A DNA stretch of 64,000 bases, from the sequence record MN695334.1; one strand, given 5' to 3'. The notes under the pieces were generated by a model. That model searched no databases and was not told where the DNA came from. It saw only the letters and a list, made by a program, of their open reading frames with translations. Positions 56,270-64,000 of this stretch are shown piece by piece (the first letter of the stretch is position 1; the number at the start of each line of letters is the position of its first letter). A program made the translations under genes and the position numbers.

Positions 56270-58594
56270 ATGAGTAACAACCTTTATCTGGAAAATGGAT
56301 ACGCTAATCGTCGAGAGTATCTTGATTCTCTTCGAGAAGATTATGGTGATCTGGTTGATGTTTTGATTAGTGTTCTTCCTGCATCGGAAGATTTTGATGG
56401 GTTGATTACTGAACTGGAAGATGCAATGGAGTCGGGATTATATGATGATTTGATCTGATTCTTTACCCCGAGTTTCTTATACTCGGGGTTCGCACTATTC
56501 TTTATAGTGTAACATAACTGCAGGAGAAGTTTCTTATTTTTTATCATAGAGCTTTCCGGCTCTCTTTTTCGTTTGTTGAATATAGTATAATACAGCATAA
56601 GCGGCAGCCGTGAGCACCGTGGGACAGTTCGCTAACTGGCACAAGGACAACCGAGGTTCAGGTTTTCGTGTTCTATACTAATAAAGTCCCAAAGACAACT
56701 GATCATGGCTTACAAGGATTATCGTCCTGAAACTCGCAGCCTGTTCAAGAGACTCAAAGAGCATGATTTCTCTCTGAGCGCCGTCAACAATGGCGAAGAA
56801 TGGGTGAAACTCAGTGATGTCGGTGATAGGGAGTTTCTGGAAGAAACTGTTGCTGCTGATGATGCAGTTGTCACGGTTCGTTATACCGATGGCAAGCGTT
56901 ACAAACTGTACCTGGTTTTCGGAAACTGTCCAGGTGAATTGGTTTGTGATTGTTCGTCTTTTGATCCACTAAGTGTGGTTGTTGATCAACATGCTGATAA
57001 GTGGGAAAATCGCAAACAACCCACACGATGAATTAAAATCAAATAATAAACATCCCCGAAAGGGGATTTATTTTGTATTCTTTATAGTATTATTAAAGTG
57101 CAGGTAAAGTGTCCTGTTTTATGTTATCACGCTTCTGCGCTTTCCTTGTTTGTTGAATACAGTCTAGCACGCCGGAAGCCCAACTGCGAGTCACCGTGGC
57201 CAGTTTTCTGACTGTCCACCAGCAGCCACGGTCGGTGGTTTCGGTGCTCTATGATATCGGAGTAGCAAACAACCGGCCATGAAAAAGTTTTCTGTTACGC
57301 TTCGTGAACATGAAGAATACGGCGAAATTGGCCTAGTTGTAGATACTCAACGGGATTACTTCGAGCCTGCTACATCTGGATTGCAGTGTGCTCACGATAT
57401 AATCGAGCACACCGTAAAACCTCATTATGATGGATATATTGACGAACTAATGGCTCTGGGTGGAGTTATTGCTGGAAGAATTACCTATGGTTGGTCTTTT
57501 AAGTATGGCACAATCAATCTGGATGATATTAAATCAGACATCTCTTCTCTGGCTACTTCTGCTTATCACGAGCAGTGCGATTTCGTGAATGATGAATGCA
57601 AGAATACACTGAAAGATAAAGATTTCGTTCAATCTATCCGAAACATGGTTCGTGATGGATTAATTGAAGCAATGGGAGAATATAATGACGACTACCTTAA
57701 TCCTGTCGTGAATGAGTCCGACTTTCAACAATTAGTGGAAGAGAAGTATAACATAAATCGCATTGTTGCATGGATTTGTAAGGGTTATCAGACATACAAA
57801 AAGAGATTCGCTAACATACAAGAATATACGATTCAACATATTTTCACTCAGATTGAGCGAGTGTGCGATAAATTTATCAAGACTGGAAAAGAGTATCAGC
57901 AAGCTACTTTGTGTGTTGATTTTACCAACGGTCGTGTATATTTACAAGAAGAATATGAAGATGATTATTGATAACAATCAATATCAAAGACTCTGAGATT
58001 GTTATGCTCAGAGTTTTTTTGTATTCTTTATAATGTAACATAACTGCAGGAGAAGTGTCCTGTTTTATGTAATCACGCTTCTGCGCTTTCCTTGTTTGTT
58101 GAATACAGTCTAGCATAGCCACAAGGGAAACGGGGGAATTCATTGATCAGCATTGCTTATCAATTCAATTTCGTTTTATGTAGCAGTTGATACCGTTACA
58201 TGCTTGCGGCATTCAAACCAGTCGGTTATGCTTGGGGAGTCCAAAACAAAAAAGCGTCATGACTTTCACTCTTCCTTCCGTACTGGTTTCGGATACGATT
58301 GAACAGCTTATGAGCCACTTGGCTACAGCTGAGAAAGCAAAAAAAGAAGCTGAGGCAGAATATGAACGGCTGCGTAAAGAATTGAAGGAAATTATGATTG
58401 CTGGGAAAGTAACTACACAAAAAACTGTTTGGGGCACCGTTACTCTATGTGAAGGCCGCAAAAGTGTAGCTTACTCTCAAGCAATTATATTGCGAGAGGC
58501 TAAGTTGAAGGCGGCAAAAGAGATCGAAGAACTAAAAGGTAAGGCTAAAGTCACGCACGGTGAAAAATCAATTCGTGCAACTTGGGTGAAGTGA
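56270..58594 (+). other. Single-gene early cassettes (56270-56458, 56705-57031, 57279-57971, 58259-58594)
   Basis: Each ORF has its own upstream promoter and downstream hairpin. Confidence 0.7.
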
Positions 58595-58865
58595 AATATA
58601 ACTAAAATGACTGAATGGCTGTGGGTGTTATACTCACAGCCATTCTTGTTTGTTATTGTTTATATTATTAAAGGGCAGGAGAAGTGTCCTGATTTATATG
58701 ATTGCGGTCTTCCGCTTTCTTGAATACAGTCTAGCACAGCACAAGCGGCAGCGGCGAGGCATCGTAACAATCTGTAACAATAGAAATTTTATAGTGTCTT
58801 AAGATTTGGACCCGCTGAACCGGTTTCCGATAGTGTAGAATATGAGGGCACCAAACATCAATCCG

Positions 58866-59270
58866 ATGAACACCAAAATCACCGGTCAAGATCTCATCAA
58901 TTATCGGGAACATTGGAAGGCCCAAGGTGCAACCAATGCCGACATTGTTCGTGGTGCAGGTTATATCACGATTCGTAAAGATGGCACTCAGCGGCTAAAC
59001 TTTACTGAATTTTACGAAAACATTCTCATTGCAAGGGGTAGAATGTGGAGAATCACTGTAAACGTAGCCGAAAATACTTCGGCTGGAGCACAACCAATCT
59101 GGAGTGATTCGTTCACCACAAGTAGCCGAAGTGCAAGAAGTGTCGCCCATAAAGTAAGGGCATTGACTCATCTTACTGGGGCTCGTTGTAAGCGAGTCGT
59201 GGAGAATGGCGTGGTGAAACTTTATCCTTACCGTTCGAATCAAATGGTAGCCTACAATCTGCCTGCATGA
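58866..59270 (+). CDS. Cyanobacterial AbrB-like N-terminal domain fused to an unknown C-terminal domain
   Basis: ITGQDLI...DIVRGAGYITIRKDGTQRLNFTEFYENILIARG matches the cyanobacterial/cyanophage AbrB-like pattern. Confidence 0.7.
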   Translation: MNTKITGQDLINYREHWKAQGATNADIVRGAGYITIRKDGTQRLNFTEFYENILIARGRMWRITVNVAENTSAGAQPIWSDSFTTSSRSARSVAHKVRALTHLTGARCKRVVENGVVKLYPYRSNQMVAYNLPA

Positions 59271-59336
59271 TGTAAACAATCGTGGCCCACAGTATAATGT
59301 ACTTGGGCCACACAATCGTTTTTTTCTCTATTAATT

Positions 59337-59708
59337 ATGAAAGGCATTCTCTGGTTAGCACTCAATTCACCCACTTTCCCGGTTGAGTGTATCTACAATC
59401 CCGTACAACATCTGCACGTCACACTTGAATACGGGGTGAATTACGAGAGTTGTGACTTTTTAATTGGCCGTAAAGTAGAAGTAATTGCAGTTGCTAACTG
59501 TTGGAATGATAAGGTACAAGCACTTCAAGTCAATCTTCCTCCTGAGTATGCGGCTATCTGCAACAATGTGCACCCTCATATGACTATCTCAACCGCTGAT
59601 AATGTTCGCCCGGTTGAGTCTAACAATATGTTGAGTGGTGAATATAATGAACTCACAGTACAAATCGTGATGCAGACTACCGTAGATTTTATTACGTTGA
59701 TGAAGTGA
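59337..59708 (+). CDS. 2H phosphoesterase
   Basis: Two HxT motifs: HLHVTLEYG and HPHMTIST...RPVESNNML. Confidence 0.75.
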   Translation: MKGILWLALNSPTFPVECIYNPVQHLHVTLEYGVNYESCDFLIGRKVEVIAVANCWNDKVQALQVNLPPEYAAICNNVHPHMTISTADNVRPVESNNMLSGEYNELTVQIVMQTTVDFITLMK

Positions 59709-60033
59709 GTGTGAGCAATTGTATTTGATTCTTTATGCTTATGTCAGTGTATTTGAGGGTTTCGTATAATTATTTCAATGTGTAACAAGCAGTTGACAGT
59801 AGGCCCGTTCCATGTTATGATGTAAGCCTGAGCCTAAGCGGTTCATAAGGGGATTGACCCTTTTAAAATAATATTCGACTTTTATCATAAGAATTCCCCT
59901 CATTTTATAAAGAACTAATTTTTTATAAAAAACCGATTTCAAAAATCGAAATCATATTTCCGAATTTCAAAAAAATCCGCGCCGGCAAAAATGCCCCAAA
60001 TAGGTCGCATATATAGAGGGAGTTTCATAAAAA

Positions 60034-60225
60034 TTGAAATTGACTAAAAAATATCACATATACATCAACGGATATTGTCATTATCCGAATCTTGATGAAG
60101 AGATATTTCATAAAACATGGAATAGACTCATNGACAATAATCCACATTTTCTACATGAGCAAATTTCTTATGAAGAAGTGATTGACAATAAAGAAGAATA
60201 TTCTTTAGAAGGAAAAATTTATTAA
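60034..60225 (+). CDS. Conserved cyanophage small protein
   Basis: KYHIY...NLDEEIF; similar to untracked ORF 61641-61796. Confidence 0.55.
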   Translation: MKLTKKYHIYINGYCHYPNLDEEIFHKTWNRLXDNNPHFLHEQISYEEVIDNKEEYSLEGKIY

Positions 60226-60245
60226 ACATTTATTAGGAAATAAAA

Positions 60246-61130
60246 ATGGCAAAAGGTTTTAGTGTGAAGGCGAATAATCCCACTCCTCAGGATGAACCAT
60301 GGGATTATGGGAAAATCAAAGAAAAGATGAGAGGTAAAAAAATCGTTTTTTGTTTACCTGGTAGAAATTGCTCTTATACTTTCTTAAAGAGTTTTGTTCA
60401 ACTTTGTTTTGATCTAGTACAAAATCAAATGAGTATTCAGATCTCTCAAGATTATAGTTCCATGGTAAACTTTGCTAGATGTAAAGTTCTAGGAGCAAAC
60501 GTAACAAAAGGCCCATGGCAAGATCCTTGGCAAGGACAACTTGAATATGACTATCAGTTATGGATTGATAATGACATTGTTTTCAATTCTGAAAAGTTTT
60601 GGCAATTGTGTGATCTAATGGTAAAAGATTCTCCAGTTGAAAAAGAATTTGATGTGAAAGAATATCCGCTATGGGATATTTCTGATGAAGAATTATACAA
60701 TATGAATAAATCAGACTTTACTGTAAGAAGAGAGAGAATTCGTCGGTTGAATAAACTGGCAAATCCAATCGTAAGTGGTTGGTATTCTACTGAAGACGGT
60801 AGAACTACTTCCTGTGCTCATTGGTTAGAGGCTGATGACTTCATTAAAAATGGTGGAGTTATGAATCACGAAACCATAGAAAGTATCAGTAAGAGAAATA
60901 AACCTTTCACGGTTGATTATGTGGGTGGTGGTTGGATGATGGTAGCCAAAGGAGTTTTTGAATGTATGGAATATCCTTGGTGGGGACCAAAGCTACAGAC
61001 GTTTGAAAATGGTATTCAAGACTTTTGTGGAGAAGACGTTTCATTCTGTCTAGATGCAAAAGACCTAGGCATTGATATTATTGTAGATCCTCGTGTTCGT
61101 GTTGGTCATGAAAAAACAAGAATTCTGTGA
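60246..61130 (+). CDS. Conserved cyanomyovirus GT-A-like glycosyltransferase
   Basis: MAKGFSVKA...DYQLWIDNDIVF (DxD)...GEDVSFC...RVGHEK. Confidence 0.75.
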   Translation: MAKGFSVKANNPTPQDEPWDYGKIKEKMRGKKIVFCLPGRNCSYTFLKSFVQLCFDLVQNQMSIQISQDYSSMVNFARCKVLGANVTKGPWQDPWQGQLEYDYQLWIDNDIVFNSEKFWQLCDLMVKDSPVEKEFDVKEYPLWDISDEELYNMNKSDFTVRRERIRRLNKLANPIVSGWYSTEDGRTTSCAHWLEADDFIKNGGVMNHETIESISKRNKPFTVDYVGGGWMMVAKGVFECMEYPWWGPKLQTFENGIQDFCGEDVSFCLDAKDLGIDIIVDPRVRVGHEKTRIL

Positions 61131-61644
61131 TTTCGGCGCTCTGCGCGAAATTAAAAACTGGCCTGGGTATTTCCTTCATATTAGTGAAACTGGAATTGAC
61201 ATTTATTCCACTCGGCATAAACCAAACTCATATTATAAAATGAAGCTTCAGGTGAATACAGGGGGATACCTGATAGTGGGGCTAACTCGTACGGATACAA
61301 CCCAAAAAAAAGTGAGACTTCATCGCTTGATTGCGGAAACTCTAATTCCTAATCCACATAATCTAGAATGTGTAGACCATATTGATGGAAATAAATTAAA
61401 TAATTTTCCATCAAATCTCCAATGGATTACCAATAGAGATAACACATTAAAAGCCAATGCAATGGGTTTATGGGGAACTCCTCCCAAAAAGTATCAAATT
61501 CATCATGAAGATGGAAGAGTTCAAATCATAGAAAATGCACGTAAATTTGCAAGAGATCATGGCTACGATAATTCGAGCATTATTTCGATTGCCAATGGCC
61601 GTCGAAATCGACACTACGATATTATAAAAGTAATTACATTATGA
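61108..61644 (+). CDS. HNH homing endonuclease
   Basis: RLHRLIAETLIPNPHNLECVDHIDGNKLNNFPSNLQWIT; C-terminal NUMOD1-like segment; start overlaps GT 3' end. Confidence 0.85.
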   Translation: MKKQEFCDFGALREIKNWPGYFLHISETGIDIYSTRHKPNSYYKMKLQVNTGGYLIVGLTRTDTTQKKVRLHRLIAETLIPNPHNLECVDHIDGNKLNNFPSNLQWITNRDNTLKANAMGLWGTPPKKYQIHHEDGRVQIIENARKFARDHGYDNSSIISIANGRRNRHYDIIKVITL

Positions 61645-61796
61645 TAAATATCCTATATGATGGAAGAATCATTTATCACAACATAAATGAGGAAGAAATT
61701 TCACAAATACTTCTTGAATTGGCATCCGACGAAACTATTGACCAAACNAAAATTGAAATTGAGGAAATTGAATACGGAAGATCAGGTAAGAATTGA
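61641..61796 (+). CDS. Small acidic hypothetical protein (51 aa), not in ORF track
   Basis: MINILYDGRIIYHNINEEEISQILLEL...; ATGA overlap with the HNH stop. Confidence 0.55.
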   Translation: MINILYDGRIIYHNINEEEISQILLELASDETIDQXKIEIEEIEYGRSGKN

Positions 61797-62217
61797 TATA
61801 GNAGAATGGTTAATCAGAGTCTCTGAAGTTCGTCCCGAACTCGGAGGCTTTTCTATATGTCCTTTTGCCAAAAAAGCAAAATATAAGATATTGAATATCG
61901 ATATTGATAAAATTTATCCTATTGAAAACTATGACGTTATCATTTATGTGATACAAGAAGAGAACTTAGATATCATTAATTCATGGACTCAATTTTATAA
62001 TCAAAAATATTCGGAATGGCTTTTCTTTGAGGACTGTGCTTCTTATGATACATTCATAAATGGCGTTCAGACAAATAATGACCTACACAATTTAATTCTA
62101 GGGCAACCTAAAGAAGAACTTAAAAAATTTAGAGAAATATTGAAGAAGACGAATTACTACTCCTATTGGTCTGAAGAATACTATAACGAAATTATGAGTT
62201 CGGCTTCCGAATCATAG
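61768..62217 (+). CDS. Conserved cyanophage hypothetical protein (start uncertain)
   Basis: EWLIRVSEVRPELGGFSICPFAK; probable TTG start near 61768. Confidence 0.55.
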   Translation: MNTEDQVRIDIXEWLIRVSEVRPELGGFSICPFAKKAKYKILNIDIDKIYPIENYDVIIYVIQEENLDIINSWTQFYNQKYSEWLFFEDCASYDTFINGVQTNNDLHNLILGQPKEELKKFREILKKTNYYSYWSEEYYNEIMSSASES

Positions 62218-62584
62218 GATGAGGTGCGATATCTTTAGTCTTGTTATCTTGAAATCCATGATTATTATACCAAGTATTCAACTTTTTTTTATATCCTCTT
62301 TCTGCTACTGGTTTTACACTAACGGGTAGTTTATTTTTGTCGGCATATCTTGTGATGCCCTTAACAAATCTTGATCCCTTTTTCTTTCCTCTCTCTTTCT
62401 TATTTACATTAATTAGACCAATATATACATGCTCTTTTTGTTTTCCGTCTTGAGTGGCTGGACGGTGCTGTACATTAAAATTGGAACCTGGATTTTTCCT
62501 ATCCCAATTTCTTGTGATGGTCTTCATTACCTCATCATGTGACTTTTTCTCGGCTTCTGTAATAAACTGGGAATATGTTTTCAT
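62192..62584 (-). CDS. Capsid-targeted GNAT-fold-like protein
   Basis: Leader MKTYSQFITE; IGLINVNKKERGKKKGS and WYNNHGF resemble GNAT motifs A and B. Confidence 0.6.
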   Translation of the reverse strand: MKTYSQFITEAEKKSHDEVMKTITRNWDRKNPGSNFNVQHRPATQDGKQKEHVYIGLINVNKKERGKKKGSRFVKGITRYADKNKLPVSVKPVAERGYKKKLNTWYNNHGFQDNKTKDIAPHPMIRKPNS

Positions 62585-62793
62585 GACTCAGATGTTCTTT
62601 TAACACTATAGATATTTGCCCCATACTCTTGATTCAATTTATCGGCTTTTCTACCAGCACTTTTTCTGGTTTTATATGAAGATTTATTTACTCTAACTGC
62701 TTCAGATGATCCAACTTTTGTCCCATCAATAGTTGTGTTTCCGCGATAAATGTCAAAGGGCGCCTCGGAGATGAATTCTCTATATGTCTTCAT
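62581..62793 (-). CDS. Capsid-targeted small basic internal protein
   Basis: Leader MKTYREFISE; late promoter ATAAATA on the minus strand at 62824-62818. Confidence 0.65.
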   Translation of the reverse strand: MKTYREFISEAPFDIYRGNTTIDGTKVGSSEAVRVNKSSYKTRKSAGRKADKLNQEYGANIYSVKRTSES

Positions 62794-62896
62794 TTCTCTT
62801 GTAGTATCACATAAAAGTATTTATGAATTCCTAAATATCCTCGGTGATTTAGAAACCACCAAAAAAAAGTTTCTCTTAACCCATTAAGGAGACAAA

Positions 62897-63088
62897 ATGA
62901 CTGATCGTAACGTAAAATTTATGCAAGAAACCTGGGGAACTACCAGTCTTGTGACTGACTATTCTCACCCAAAAAAGAAAATGCTTCGGGAAGTTTCAAC
63001 TGAAAAATTCCTAGATGAAAAGCTGAATGAGGAGACTGAAATTTTTGATAATTGGGATTATGGACTTGAATCTTTTCACGCTAAATAA
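62897..63088 (+). CDS. Conserved cyanophage hypothetical protein upstream of gp25
   Basis: FMQETWGTTSLVTDY...KMLREV. Confidence 0.55.
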   Translation: MTDRNVKFMQETWGTTSLVTDYSHPKKKMLREVSTEKFLDEKLNEETEIFDNWDYGLESFHAK

Positions 63089-63109
63089 ATAATAAAACAT
63101 TAATTTAAA

Positions 63110-63502
63110 ATGGCGATTAGGTCCAGTCGAGGTTTCAAAGATATTAGTGCAACATTTCAAATTAATCCTCTAAATCGGGATGCGATTGCAATTAAAAATG
63201 AGACCGCAATCTCTAGGGCCGTTCGTAATCTGATTTTTACTATTGTAGGTGAGGTTCCATATTCTGATGTTGGAAGTTCGGTAAACAAACTTCTTTTTGA
63301 GAATATGGATTCTCTCACCTCATCAGTATTAGAATCAGAAATACAAAATACATTAAGACTTGAACCTAGAATTAGAGTTATAGATGTTAAAGTATTTCCG
63401 AATTATGAAAATAATGAGTTCAATGTTACTCTCACATATAATATCGTTGGAATCGATGTTCCGGCTCAACAATTAACCCTAGCACTCGTTTCGGCAAGAT
63501 AA
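63110..63502 (+). CDS. gp25: Baseplate wedge subunit gp25
   Basis: FKDISATFQINP...AISRAVRNLIFT...EPRIRVIDV; CTAAATAAATA late promoter upstream. Confidence 0.9.
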   Translation: MAIRSSRGFKDISATFQINPLNRDAIAIKNETAISRAVRNLIFTIVGEVPYSDVGSSVNKLLFENMDSLTSSVLESEIQNTLRLEPRIRVIDVKVFPNYENNEFNVTLTYNIVGIDVPAQQLTLALVSAR

Positions 63503-64000
63503 TGTCTCTTACTCAATTTACAAATTTAGATTTTGACCAAATTAAGGAATCTATACGAGATTATTTAAGAGCTAGTAGTGATTTTACTGACTATGATTTT
63601 GAGGGATCNAATTTTACNGTCTTAATCAATACTCTTGCATACAATACCTACATTAATTCCTATAATGCCACTGCAATTTGTAATGAGGTATTTTTAGATA
63701 GTGCTACTCTACGTGAAAANGTAATCTTNAGAGCAAAAGAAATAGGTTATTTGCCTAGATCCAGAACCGCAGCCAGAGCAAATATTTCTTTTTTTGTAGA
63801 TACCACAAATTTAACCACAAATCCACTAACACTAACTCTAAAAAGAGGAACGGTTGCTGTTACTTCGGCCCGATTTAACTCAACTAATTATACATTTTCA
63901 ATTTTAGAAGATATTACAGTACCTGTAGTAGATGGTTTGGCATTTTTTGACAATATTACTGTATATGAAGGCAACTATATTGTTCAAAATTACACTTTTA
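63502..64000 (+). CDS. gp6: Baseplate wedge protein gp6, 3' truncated by window edge
   Basis: MSLTQFTNLDFDQIKESIRDYL...FTDYDFEGSN...LAYNTY...NEVFLDSATLRE; open to the window end, so absent from the ORF track. Confidence 0.9.
   Translation, partial: MSLTQFTNLDFDQIKESIRDYLRASSDFTDYDFEGXNFXVLINTLAYNTYINSYNATAICNEVFLDSATLREXVIXRAKEIGYLPRSRTAARANISFFVDTTNLTTNPLTLTLKRGTVAVTSARFNSTNYTFSILEDITVPVVDGLAFFDNITVYEGNYIVQNYTF

Larger units (their letters stand above)
6895..57217 (+). promoter_or_regulatory. Dispersed early-promoter element, 27 copies: imperfect palindrome (T/G)G(A/C)CA(G/C)TT-N4-AACTG(G/T)C(A/C), then 30-33 bp, then a TAnnnT -10 hexamer
   Basis: Core starts at 6895, 8972, 12513, 13726, 16439, 18646, 22774, 24568, 26742, 28468, 30109, 30517, 34519, 37146, 39397, 41217, 41835, 45553, 46450, 49949, 51218, 53175, 54960, 55577, 56186, 56622, 57198; nearly all at gene ends upstream of a new + strand gene. 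Perfect example GGACAGTT-TTTG-AACTGTCC at 28468-28487. Confidence 0.85.
52175..58733 (-). ncRNA. Seven dispersed copies of a putative small structured antisense RNA / repeat element
   Basis: Copies 52175-52280, 53719-53787, 54863-54929, 56520-56589, 57100-57166, 58046-58112, 58675-58733; minus-strand -10 (TGCTAGACT in five copies), covarying hairpin, invariant CCTGC end; 44 bp identical in three copies. Confidence 0.6.

Noticed and set aside
57922-58143. Conserved peptide (M/V)LDCIQQTRKAQKRD encoded by the repeat
   Set aside because: Its start codon is the TG of the extended -10 itself and would lie upstream of the TSS; the frame is not kept in the four divergent copies
52175-58733. Repeats as a CRISPR or mini-CRISPR array
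   Set aside because: Units are separated by whole genes at irregular 0.6-1.7 kb intervals, not by 30-40 nt spacers; no cas genes in the window
61687-61767. Tracked start of the 176-aa ORF
   Set aside because: Overlaps a more plausible 51-aa ORF (61641-61796); the recognisable sequence begins near 61768
1-64000. Diversity-generating retroelement, retron or stop-codon reassignment
   Set aside because: No reverse-transcriptase motifs and no adenine-specific repeat pair seen; recognisable genes read through in the standard code apart from the single kinase frameshift

Overview
AT-rich segment of a large T4-like (myovirus) phage, almost certainly a cyanophage; scattered N bases suggest a consensus or metagenomic assembly. 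Positions ~1-59.7 kb are the early/accessory region: more than 150 mostly short + strand ORFs. Recognisable products include RNA ligase 1, a frameshifted P-loop kinase, a minimal ATP-dependent DNA ligase, a macro domain, a CCA-type nucleotidyltransferase, a UvrD-like helicase, a TOPRIM protein, a Zn-deaminase, an SGNH hydrolase, a 2H phosphoesterase, an FG-GAP propeller, pentapeptide-repeat proteins, four endonucleases and two tRNA-Leu genes. From ~60 kb the conserved late module begins (glycosyltransferase-like gene, capsid-targeted internal proteins, baseplate gp25 and gp6). The early region is organised by 27 copies of an imperfect palindrome (8 bp-N4-8 bp) set 30-33 bp upstream of a -10 hexamer. 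The most unusual feature lies between 52 and 59 kb: seven gene cassettes each carry a second, divergent extended -10 promoter pointing into a conserved ~65-100 nt non-coding element whose hairpin covaries between copies, a candidate multi-copy small RNA or R-loop origin family. Other highlights are a seven-member CGTxHCxAGW paralog family and a GNAT-like protein with a T4 capsid-targeting sequence. All family assignments are by motif recognition only; no searches were run.
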